Assembly: GCA_964648765.1 (NCBI GenBank)
Contig: CAZYLF010000001.1
Coordinates: 79,042-143,041, forward strand
Origin: an uncultured Candidatus Saccharibacteria bacterium
GTDB lineage: Bacteria; Patescibacteriota; Minisyncoccia; Phycocordibacterales; JACOZG01
Direction: 5' to 3'
Length of the DNA stretch: 64,000 nt
Positions 19,770 through 27,658 of this stretch are shown here, piece after piece (the first letter of the stretch is position 1; each line of letters starts with the position of its first letter). The notes below the pieces were generated by a model. The model saw only the letters and a list, made by a program, of their open reading frames with translations, did no database searches and was not told the origin of the DNA. Made by a program: the position numbers and the translations under genes.

Positions 19770-19807
19770 ATAAAAAAGAACTTAACCAGATTCCTCTGGT
19801 TAAGTTC
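19770..19807 (-). terminator. intrinsic terminator between the vWA gene and the purA-like gene (possibly also a leader terminator)
   Basis: Minus strand reads gaacttaaccagaggaatctggttaagttc followed by ttttttatttg. Only about 20 nt separate it from the purA-like SD/ATG. Confidence 0.55.
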
Positions 19808-19848
19808 TATACTACTTACTTTAATTTGTCAAGTGCAAAGCTAAACTT

Positions 19849-20895
19849 CTAGCGTTTGCGACCTTGGGAACCACCATTTCTGGTAGTTACCACTGCGGAG
19901 GAACTGGCGGCCGTTGCTAGGGCTCCACCACCCACTGGCATGATTGCCTTGGTGGCTGCTGCAGCCGATTGGGCACCGGGCGCCCCCTTCTGCTTCAAGA
20001 TCTCCTCGATCTCGTCGCCATCGACGCCCTGTGTCCGAGCGATGGTCATCACCATGGTGGCAATGATCGCTTCAGTCTCCGGGATTTCGAGGATGCGCTC
20101 AGGATCCTCTCCTGCTGCGCGGAAGAGGTCCTGCCACATCTTGGTGATTGATCGGTCCTTGCCATGTAGAGTGTGGCCTGGTCGGATCACAAACACGTGG
20201 TAGCGGGTGGCCGCTTCTTTGAGCGATTCAAGCATCGTCACTGTCTTCTCGAGATGGTCACCAAAAACTGCCTTGGCGACTTCAGGTGAAGTGCCGTTGA
20301 CCTTGGGGTCACCGGCTCCATAGAAGGGCTCCTCATCACCAATGATGAAGAGGAAGCCCTTCGTGCCATCGCGCTCGAAGCACTCCAGTCGAGTGTGTCG
20401 AGCGGCGGCGTAGAGCGGCAGGTGATAAGCCTCACCCCTGTTGCCTCCCCCTTGATGGGGAATGACCATCTCATTCAAAGCGGTGATGAGCTCTTCTGCC
20501 CCTGTTTCGAACTGGCTCATCTGAAACGCGGCATCTGGTGGTACGGCGTGCTCATCATCATGTTGCATGAACATGATGTTAGGATGGTCGCTGATACCTT
20601 GTTCAGTCAGCATCGTCATCAATGTTGGTAGCGACTTTTGCAAGTCATAGGGCACATCTTCCATCGACCCGGTACCGTCCATGCTCACCACCACAGGTGT
20701 GGCATCATTAAAGCCCGGGGCAAAGCACGACTCCCGCACCCCATTTTTGAGTTGCTTGGGGTCGAGAATGTTTGCCAAGTTAGAGTAAACACCAGTTGCT
20801 CGGGCTTGAGTGGCCCTCGCGAACGTCTGGCCGGTATCTTGCAGCTTACTGACGGCGGCCTTGTACTTAAGTGACTCAAAATTACTACCTCCCAT
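19849..20895 (-). CDS. von Willebrand factor A domain protein (TerY-like)
   Basis: MIDAS-like VVVSMDGTGSM ... FLFIIGDEEP. Track start is GTG at 20940; SD plus ATG at 20895. GC-rich. Confidence 0.6.
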   Translation of the reverse strand: MGGSNFESLKYKAAVSKLQDTGQTFARATQARATGVYSNLANILDPKQLKNGVRESCFAPGFNDATPVVVSMDGTGSMEDVPYDLQKSLPTLMTMLTEQGISDHPNIMFMQHDDEHAVPPDAAFQMSQFETGAEELITALNEMVIPHQGGGNRGEAYHLPLYAAARHTRLECFERDGTKGFLFIIGDEEPFYGAGDPKVNGTSPEVAKAVFGDHLEKTVTMLESLKEAATRYHVFVIRPGHTLHGKDRSITKMWQDLFRAAGEDPERILEIPETEAIIATMVMTIARTQGVDGDEIEEILKQKGAPGAQSAAAATKAIMPVGGGALATAASSSAVVTTRNGGSQGRKR

Positions 20896-20953
20896 GCTCC
20901 ACATCCTTTCATGATTGTGGGTGAGTGGTCTAATCGCCACACCGTGTGGCTAT

Positions 20954-22126
20954 TTAGACCGGACTCATTTCCAGATTTACGAACTTCCTCGAACCAAACA
21001 CTCGTTTGGCAATGCCTCTGAACTCCTCATAAGCCACTGCTGCGTTCTTTGGCCGAAGCCTAATTTTGGGTTGCAAACAACGGTTTAAAAAGTCTTTGAT
21101 CGGTTCCTCTACTGTGCTTGGCAAGTCACCAGATCCTGGTTCTCCGCCAAGTAGATAAACCATGCACCAAGCTGACATATAAATATCAGCTGATGGTGTT
21201 GGTGACCCTCTCCCACCTAAAATCTCAGCGGGAAAAAAGTTTTTGAAGCGTTCGTCCACGTAGGGCAGAGATTGATTTTTTCCGGATAGGCACGAGGCCG
21301 TCCAGTCAATGATCTTGCCACTGTGACTCTCGGTGTGGATCAATATGTGGTTCGGGGTTATTGCGGCGTGTACCACCCCCGACAAGTGAGCCAAGGTTAG
21401 TCCCTCAAGGGTACGATTCCAGATAAAGCACATTTGTCGGGTGTTTATCCCCGTCGGATGTTTGGCCCGGATTTCCTCTAGGTTGAACCAGCCAGCATTT
21501 AAGCCAGATGGTTCAGTGAAGAGGTTTACTACTCGGTGCCCTTGCCCCCCATTATCTTTCAGTTTGACCGACTCAGTGAGGCTTGGGATTCGCGCTAAAA
21601 ATTTGCGCGCACTCTCCGTGCCTTCCGGATCGGTTGCTAACTTTTTAACTTTGGCTTGCATGGCTTTGATCGCCTGAACCTCGCGCTCCATTAGATCGTT
21701 ATCTTTTGGACTGTGAGGGACTCGGGCAATTATCGGTATGGTTTGATTCTCCTTATTTTGCATTATGGCGGAGAAAATACCGCAGGTGCCCCCTTCTCTG
21801 ATTAGTTCCACCAATACGTAAGTACCTTTTTTGGTTTTAAACATTGGCGGACCAATTGGATCAGCTTGTGGTTTAACCGCTAGATTGCCGTAAATGCCTT
21901 GGGCGAATTTGAGTTTGGCTAGTCCCCACAGCTCATTAAGCCGTTTGGAAGCAGTTTCCCCCAGCTCCTTTCCCTCGTCGGTTTGCTGTCGGTCTGGGTG
22001 GACCAACTTACTTAACTTTAGGTAGGTCTTTTCCGCCTCTTCCTGGCTACTTTTTAAGCCAAAAATCTCTTCGGGTTGTTTTGCCCGCTTCAGCTTATTA
22101 AGGACCGATATAAACTCCTTTTCCAT
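20954..22126 (-). CDS. J-domain (HPD) protein fused to a protein-kinase-like (possibly pseudokinase) domain
   Basis: N-terminal YLKLSKLVHPDR, a J-domain-like HPD motif. Kinase-like glycine loop EGGTCGIFSA. HAAITPNHILI sits where HRD is expected, DWT where DFG is expected. C-lobe motif SADIYMSAWCMVYLL. Confidence 0.5.
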   Translation of the reverse strand: MEKEFISVLNKLKRAKQPEEIFGLKSSQEEAEKTYLKLSKLVHPDRQQTDEGKELGETASKRLNELWGLAKLKFAQGIYGNLAVKPQADPIGPPMFKTKKGTYVLVELIREGGTCGIFSAIMQNKENQTIPIIARVPHSPKDNDLMEREVQAIKAMQAKVKKLATDPEGTESARKFLARIPSLTESVKLKDNGGQGHRVVNLFTEPSGLNAGWFNLEEIRAKHPTGINTRQMCFIWNRTLEGLTLAHLSGVVHAAITPNHILIHTESHSGKIIDWTASCLSGKNQSLPYVDERFKNFFPAEILGGRGSPTPSADIYMSAWCMVYLLGGEPGSGDLPSTVEEPIKDFLNRCLQPKIRLRPKNAAVAYEEFRGIAKRVFGSRKFVNLEMSPV

Positions 22127-22220
22127 TGTTTAGTTCCTCCATTTGTAAAAGAACCTGATATCCTTTGCCAGTCTACATTTTTATAACTTTTTGTCAAGTA
22201 TAGTGTATAATGTTTAAAGT

Positions 22221-23102
22221 ATGAGTTTATCTAAACTAAAAAATGAGTTTTTGGAGTATTTGGAGATTGAGAAGGGGCGGAGTTTGAAAACGGTGGCTAA
22301 TTATGACCGTTATCTGCTGCGCTTTTTTGAATTTAGCCAAGTTAAGGAGCCAAAATCGCTCGATGATGAGATGTTGCGCAAATATCGCCTGTGGCTCAAT
22401 CGCCTGCCAGCACCCGAAGGCAACCTTAAAAAAAATACCCAAAATTATCACTTAATTGCCTTGCGGTCCTTCTTAAAATACTTAACCAAACGTGGTGTAA
22501 CCACGGCGCTCTCCTCTACTGACATTGAGCTAGCTAAAACTGGTGAGCGAGAACTTGATTTAATTGAGCCAGACGAGCTCGATCGCCTGCTGGCCGCGCC
22601 TAAAAGTAAGGATGTATGGGCTTTGCGCGATAAAGCGTTGCTCGAGCTCCTCTTCTCTACTGGTTTGCGCGTGTCTGAACTTGTGGCTTTAAATCGCGAC
22701 AGTATAGATATGAAGCGTGATGATTTCTCTATTAGAGGTAAGGGCGGCAAGGTGCGCGTGGTCTTCCTCTCCCCCCTCGCAAAAGATACAATCCAACAAT
22801 ATTTAAATAAACGCGATGATCCTGAAGAACCGCTTTTTGTGAGTCAAAAACTAACCAGATTAACCGCGCGGAGCATTGAGCGCTTGATAAAACAGTATGC
22901 GATCAAGGCTGGGATAACGCGCAAGGTCACGCCGCACGTGATTCGTCACAGTTTTGCCACAGATTTGCTCCGTAATGGTGCTGATTTACGTTCGGTGCAA
23001 ATGATGCTTGGGCACGCCAATATCTCAACCACTCAAGTGTACACTCACGTTACCGATCGCGAACTCAAACGCATCCACGACAAATTCCATAGGAGGAAAT
23101 AA
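22221..23102 (+). CDS. xerC: tyrosine site-specific recombinase, XerC/XerD family
   Basis: GLRVSELVALNRDSID ... HVIRHSFATDLLRNGADLRSVQMMLGHANISTTQVYTHV, including the R-H-R-Y catalytic residues. Confidence 0.85.
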   Translation: MSLSKLKNEFLEYLEIEKGRSLKTVANYDRYLLRFFEFSQVKEPKSLDDEMLRKYRLWLNRLPAPEGNLKKNTQNYHLIALRSFLKYLTKRGVTTALSSTDIELAKTGERELDLIEPDELDRLLAAPKSKDVWALRDKALLELLFSTGLRVSELVALNRDSIDMKRDDFSIRGKGGKVRVVFLSPLAKDTIQQYLNKRDDPEEPLFVSQKLTRLTARSIERLIKQYAIKAGITRKVTPHVIRHSFATDLLRNGADLRSVQMMLGHANISTTQVYTHVTDRELKRIHDKFHRRK

Positions 23103-23146
23103 AAAAAGCGTCTCCTGTGGGGAGACGCCGGTGTTGTTCGACAAAC

Positions 23147-23959
23147 TTAAAGGACAATAGGTTTTACTTCAAGCGACCTCATCGTTTCTGGCGGTAAGCC
23201 CAAATCATCCGGTGTTTGGATCACCATCTCTGGTATTTCATAAACTTCCGCAACCCCATCGCCAATTTTGGCGCCTTTTGTTTGCTGATTAATAAGTTCA
23301 AGGAGTTGCAGCTCGTAGCTTTCATAACATGTGCTAGTCAGGTTAAGCTCAAGAAAGACACTGTGTCTTAACTTGAATTCAGCCAATCGATTTTTCAGTG
23401 CAGTGTAAGTTTCAGGCGAATAACCAATTTGCGCTATTTCCTTAATCTGCTTGTCGAGGAATTCGCGAACTCGATTCTCTAGTTCTTTGGGAGAAAGAAA
23501 TTGCAACTCCTCTTCCCCGATCAGCTTTCGTTTGTTATCAAGCCACAACCGGCCGACCACAGCATCTAGTGTGTCCACAAAGGATTTAACTTTTCTACCT
23601 ACTCTAACTTCGGCAATTCCTTCTGCCACACAGCCAATGATAATGGTAAAAAATCCAGTCACTAGTACTAGCAGAAATGGAAAAAGAATAAACCCAAAAA
23701 GAACATTGAGAAATTCCCCAAAATTTTTTGTGGGTAGATTGGAGAACCACAAGGTAATAGCAATCCCATAGAAAAGACCTCCAAAAATAAAAGCAAATTG
23801 ATCGACCTTTTCTGTGGCGTCCCGCATCCTTTTGAGAGGTTTTTCTCCTGAGTGTTTTCCTGCCCATAAATCATCCCAGCAATCGTTGATTTTTTTCGTT
23901 TTGACCAATTCATACAGGCGCTTGTTGCAAGCCTTTGCCTCGTCTCTTGATATTTTCAC
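23147..23959 (-). CDS. membrane protein, hypothetical
   Basis: Track start TTG at 23974; AAGGAG plus GTG at 23959. Two or three TM helices (FIFGGLFYGIAITLWF, FGFILFPFLLVLVTGFFTIIIGCV). Confidence 0.5.
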   Translation of the reverse strand: MKISRDEAKACNKRLYELVKTKKINDCWDDLWAGKHSGEKPLKRMRDATEKVDQFAFIFGGLFYGIAITLWFSNLPTKNFGEFLNVLFGFILFPFLLVLVTGFFTIIIGCVAEGIAEVRVGRKVKSFVDTLDAVVGRLWLDNKRKLIGEEELQFLSPKELENRVREFLDKQIKEIAQIGYSPETYTALKNRLAEFKLRHSVFLELNLTSTCYESYELQLLELINQQTKGAKIGDGVAEVYEIPEMVIQTPDDLGLPPETMRSLEVKPIVL

Positions 23960-24062
23960 GATTTTCTCCTTCAAAAAGTGTTACTTTAACAAAGTCCAAA
24001 CCAGCCTTATAACTACCATTTCATGGTAAAAAGTCAACTTAAATATTTAGGGAAATAAAAAT

Positions 24063-24093
24063 AAAAAAACGCGGAACGTGTACACGTTCCGCG
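24063..24093 (-). terminator. intrinsic terminator (minus strand)
   Basis: Minus strand reads cgcggaacgtgtacacgttccgcg followed by ttttttt. Confidence 0.6.
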
Positions 24094-24112
24094 CGAGTGA
24101 TTCGAGCTTGAT

Positions 24113-24634
24113 TTAGTCAACGATGAACGATCCCGGGCAATCTCCCGGGCTATGGCCACGGGGTTGTCTGCGCATTGGACGAGGGTCTACAGATTCATCT
24201 GGTAGAGGGATCTTTGTGACATCAACCTTGGGCACGTTCTTGCGCTTGGTTGGTCGTCGTCGGCCAACTTCTTTTAGTGCCATCGCACTTGGTGGTAGTG
24301 CACCCCCACGAGCATTGTCCATCCAATCTTCGGCCGGGATCCCTTGCAAAAAATCTTGCAAGGTGGGGATGAACAGCATGTCGAAGTCTTCATTCACATG
24401 TTGTTCTGCAACATCACGTGTCGAGTAAGTACCTCCTGCCGAGTTAGTCCTCTCTTCGCCAAAGACCCTCGGAATTACCGTGTAAATGAACCAAGAGTTG
24501 TGAGTGGCCGCCCTGTGGCGCAGATCTTGAAATACACTTTTGCTCGAGTCCATAAAATCATGGATATCCAAGTAGTCTTCCGCCTTGCCGCCAAATTTTT
24601 TGGCGCTATTTTTGGCGTGTTCATAAGGTTTCAT
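24113..24634 (-). CDS. hypothetical protein
   Basis: GGAGGA SD plus ATG at 24634. The longer track ORF would run through an upstream terminator hairpin. Confidence 0.45.
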   Translation of the reverse strand: MKPYEHAKNSAKKFGGKAEDYLDIHDFMDSSKSVFQDLRHRAATHNSWFIYTVIPRVFGEERTNSAGGTYSTRDVAEQHVNEDFDMLFIPTLQDFLQGIPAEDWMDNARGGALPPSAMALKEVGRRRPTKRKNVPKVDVTKIPLPDESVDPRPMRRQPRGHSPGDCPGSFIVD

Positions 24635-24719
24635 TACCAAATCCTCCACAAAAATGAAATTGAACTGGTTGCCAATGAACCATCTGTGAGCAAATTTAGC
24701 ACAAGGTGAAATTTTATAC

Positions 24720-24748
24720 AAAAAAGGCGTCTCTCGCAGAGAGACGCC
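24720..24748 (-). terminator. intrinsic terminator (minus strand)
   Basis: Minus strand reads ggcgtctctctgcgagagacgcc followed by tttttt. Confidence 0.55.
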
Positions 24749-24763
24749 TGGTAAAACTCCTTT

Positions 24764-24964
24764 TCAATCAAACACACCAACCCACTGCACTTCCTCTTCT
24801 GCATCAACCTTAATTGGTCCATCAAAGAAGATGGGTTTGCCGTGCAAATCGATCCCTCTTATTTCCCTGGCATTTTCTCCGTTACTCTTTGATAACACCT
24901 TCGACTTTTGGCTTGGTTGAATCCTGACAAACAAACTCCCCGACGCCAATTCTCCAAACTTCAT
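24764..24964 (-). CDS. small hypothetical protein (66 aa)
   Basis: AAGGAG SD 9 nt upstream of the ATG. Followed by a terminator. Confidence 0.35.
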   Translation of the reverse strand: MKFGELASGSLFVRIQPSQKSKVLSKSNGENAREIRGIDLHGKPIFFDGPIKVDAEEEVQWVGVFD

Positions 24965-24975
24965 ATCAGTTCTCC

Positions 24976-25515
24976 TTATAGTTCAAGATTATTTAGAATT
25001 TGTTCGGCTACATCTTCTGGGTTTGTGATGCCAGTATCTATCACAAGATCAAACTTATTCGGTTCCCAGTTAGAACCTGGATAGAGCGCTTCATACCTTG
25101 CCCTGTCAACACGGTCTCGCTCTTGGATCAACTTGGTTACCTCCTCAAGTTTGGATCCTTGGAGATCTTTATGTCGCCGCTTGGCTCTGACTTCTAAACT
25201 GCATACAAGCAGGACGTGGAGCGCGTTTGGGACAAAGATGTGCGGAAGACGACCTTCAGCCACGACGCAGGAATTTCTGCCTAGCTCAGCAATTCTTTGA
25301 TCCACCTTTTCATCCCATTTTTCTTCAGGATGATTTTTGGCGTGAGTTACAAATTCCTCGATTGTTTTTCCTTTCTCTTTTGCAAAAGCTCGCATGATCA
25401 AACCAGCACTTACAAATTGCCGAGTTCCCAAACCTTCCAGTTTACGTTTCAGGATTTCTAACGTGGTGGTACCACCAACCCCTGCATCACTTGTGATGGT
25501 GATTGATTTTGGCAT
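24976..25515 (-). CDS. cytidylate kinase-like protein (archaeal-type Cmk fold) with degenerate P-loop
   Basis: VSAGLIMRAFAKEKG, EGRL and FDLVIDT align with archaeal-type (d)CMP kinase. The P-loop reads DAGVGGTTT, not GxxGxGKT. AAGGAG plus ATG at 25515. Confidence 0.65.
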   Translation of the reverse strand: MPKSITITSDAGVGGTTTLEILKRKLEGLGTRQFVSAGLIMRAFAKEKGKTIEEFVTHAKNHPEEKWDEKVDQRIAELGRNSCVVAEGRLPHIFVPNALHVLLVCSLEVRAKRRHKDLQGSKLEEVTKLIQERDRVDRARYEALYPGSNWEPNKFDLVIDTGITNPEDVAEQILNNLEL

Positions 25516-25584
25516 CTCACACTCCTTCAAAAAGTTACAACGAACTAATCTGTGTTTATAACTACCATTTATTTAAAATTTATA

Positions 25585-25614
25585 CAAAAAAAGCGGATCC
25601 ATTATGGACCCGCT
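25585..25614 (-). terminator. intrinsic terminator (minus strand)
   Basis: Minus strand reads agcgggtccataatggatccgct followed by ttttttt. Confidence 0.5.
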
Positions 25615-25618
25615 GGTT

Positions 25619-25990
25619 TCAAACTAAATTCCTATTTCTTACTCTCTGACAGTAAACCTCGAAAGAATGTGAGGTTGTTCTGATGTGTCCGTTGGCAAGA
25701 TTTTCAGGTAAGGCCAATTGATCACGTAGTTTGCAGTATTCAAGAGACAGAGGTCCAATAACCTCAGGTTCGATTAGTTGGAGCGGTCTACTGATCCGTT
25801 TGTGCAATCTTCTTGCGGTCTCCACTGCTCCGTTCACCCAATTCTCGTCGTCAGTATCAACATACATTTCATACAGTCGATTCTCCCCACCATCTGGGCC
25901 AAACATTCGAAGAAGTTCAAACATCCCAACTTCATCCAGAATTGTGTTTTTTGTGATTCTTACCACCCGCTCTTGAATCTCAAATGACAT
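25619..25990 (-). CDS. hypothetical protein
   Basis: AGGAGGAG SD plus ATG at 25990, just downstream of the preceding stop. Confidence 0.45.
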   Translation of the reverse strand: MSFEIQERVVRITKNTILDEVGMFELLRMFGPDGGENRLYEMYVDTDDENWVNGAVETARRLHKRISRPLQLIEPEVIGPLSLEYCKLRDQLALPENLANGHIRTTSHSFEVYCQRVRNRNLV

Positions 25991-25992
25991 CG

Positions 25993-26364
25993 TTATTCTC
26001 CTCCTAAAATGTCGGAAAAGCATCTTGCCAAGTTTGCTTCTTCACTAAAGCCATGAGATTTGGCCAGTTGGCAGAGTTCGTTAAATGTGACCTGCAATTG
26101 GTCGTCGCCACCCTTTTCCATCCTCGTATCTAAATTTTTCTTAACTTCATTTAGTCGATTCAGGATGGTAGGGGCGAGCTCTTTTTTCTCCGGCCCACTC
26201 TTTGGGTATTGAACACCAAAAAGTAATGAAAATCTATCTTGCTCTTTGGTCAGTTTCCCCTGTTCATTCCAAATGAGGGCGGGGATAACTAAGCAGATGA
26301 TAGCCAATCCTGATGCGGTGTAAAACAAGCGATCCTCCCACCACACCCTCTTGTGTGTTTGCAT
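25993..26364 (-). CDS. N-terminally membrane-anchored hypothetical protein
   Basis: ATG with AAAGGAA SD. TM segment LFYTASGLAIICLVIPALIW. Confidence 0.45.
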   Translation of the reverse strand: MQTHKRVWWEDRLFYTASGLAIICLVIPALIWNEQGKLTKEQDRFSLLFGVQYPKSGPEKKELAPTILNRLNEVKKNLDTRMEKGGDDQLQVTFNELCQLAKSHGFSEEANLARCFSDILGGE

Positions 26365-26427
26365 TTTCTGTTCCTTTCAAAAAACAATATCTACCTGCTC
26401 CCAAACTAGCATTTTAAAATCATAAAG

Positions 26428-26465
26428 TAAAAAAAGAGCCCCGAACGCACATGTGCGTTCGGGGC
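26428..26465 (-). terminator. intrinsic terminator closing the 7-gene AAA operon (minus strand)
   Basis: Minus strand reads gccccgaacgcacatgtgcgttcggggc followed by tcttttttt. Confidence 0.65.
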
Positions 26466-26487
26466 CTTGCGCGCTACTTTTCAATAA

Positions 26488-27075
26488 CTAGTCAGGGGTT
26501 TTAAATGTGAAGGGTGGGAGAGGGCCAAAACATAATCGCCAGTACGTAATCACAACCAGAATCCCACAATAAATCGTGGCGCTGGCCGGGTAGAACACTT
26601 CTTCAATCGACCAATCTTTACCTCCCAAGGTGGAAAGTAAGTTGGCAAAGAAGTACCCCACAAAGATCAGAATCGGTGTCTCCCAAGGTTTCCGGTAACT
26701 CGCTACGGTTTGGGGTATGCCAGCAATAACCATTGCCAGTGTACTCGCAATCGTCGCGTTCCTCGGCCCAGAGTGATACCAAATCACCAGGCAGACAATC
26801 ACCAAGAAGGTTACAAAGCTCTCAAATCGAGTCCAGTTAAAGTTCCTGGATTTTAAAATGCACAATGCTGTTATGCTACCACCAACCGTGTAGGCTGCTG
26901 CTAGCAAATAATTTCCGTCTTGCAGAAAAATGGTGACGGCAGCAATTGCATCAAGCGCCGACCAAAGTAACCATGTAGCCAAGTTCTGCACCACCTTGCC
27001 GGTCAAGAGTTGGTAGCAAAGTGGAAAGTAGAGTGAAATGGCCAACAGTGTGCTAATCACTACGAGCAGGTTCAT
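26488..27075 (-). CDS. polytopic membrane protein (about 6 TM)
   Basis: 195 aa, hydrophobic throughout. AAAGGAGG plus ATG. Overlaps the upstream gene by 23 nt. Confidence 0.55.
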   Translation of the reverse strand: MNLLVVISTLLAISLYFPLCYQLLTGKVVQNLATWLLWSALDAIAAVTIFLQDGNYLLAAAYTVGGSITALCILKSRNFNWTRFESFVTFLVIVCLVIWYHSGPRNATIASTLAMVIAGIPQTVASYRKPWETPILIFVGYFFANLLSTLGGKDWSIEEVFYPASATIYCGILVVITYWRLCFGPLPPFTFKTPD

Positions 27076-27505
27076 TCACGCCTCCTTTCTTGGGCGAGAG
27101 GTCTCGGCAAAGGGCCGAATCTTTGTTGGCAATACCAGCATTTTTCCGGATCAAGACAGCCATGGAAATGAGGAAATTCTTTTCTATGGTTGTGAGATCG
27201 GTGTATTGCTTGCGGGTGCTTGTCTTTAGTACGCCGCTTTCTCGATAGCCATCTGGGTCGATATGTGAAATATAGTAGTACTCAAATCGGTTGTTTGGCC
27301 AGATTTGTTTGACTTCTAATATTTCACCCATTTTTCCCATAGCGAGGGTGTAAGAAACACTTAGACCGTCTTTGCCAATCCAATCTAAACAAATCCGACC
27401 AATGCGAGGATTATCTTGAGTGGCTTCTTGCTTTCTGATTAATTTCTGCGCGCGTGATAAGGTTTTGCTGACTCTTGGCCCGAAAAAGAAATTCCATAAA
27501 CCCAT
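27053..27505 (-). CDS. hypothetical protein
   Basis: Track start is TTG; AAAGGAGG plus ATG at 27505 (MGLWNFFFGP...). Confidence 0.45.
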   Translation of the reverse strand: MGLWNFFFGPRVSKTLSRAQKLIRKQEATQDNPRIGRICLDWIGKDGLSVSYTLAMGKMGEILEVKQIWPNNRFEYYYISHIDPDGYRESGVLKTSTRKQYTDLTTIEKNFLISMAVLIRKNAGIANKDSALCRDLSPKKGGVNEPARSD

Positions 27506-27658
27506 TATTCGCCTCCTTTTTTTGAAGTTGTTTAAGATCAATCTAACAACCCCTATTATAACCTTTTATAAAATTTTGTCAATGAATAAAAAAGAGCGCT
27601 TCGAAGTTAATCGAAGCGCTCTGTGCTGCACTGCAAACTGCAAAGAACAAATGAGCTT

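Noticed and set aside
23960-23974. TTG-initiated N-terminal extensions in the ORF track (also at 25516-25530, 27506-27541, 33141-33215, 34255-34314, 35657-35701, 20896-20940, 9435-9440)
   Set aside because: In each case a canonical SD plus ATG/GTG lies a few codons downstream. The extension would place the SD inside the coding sequence, or would run through a terminator.
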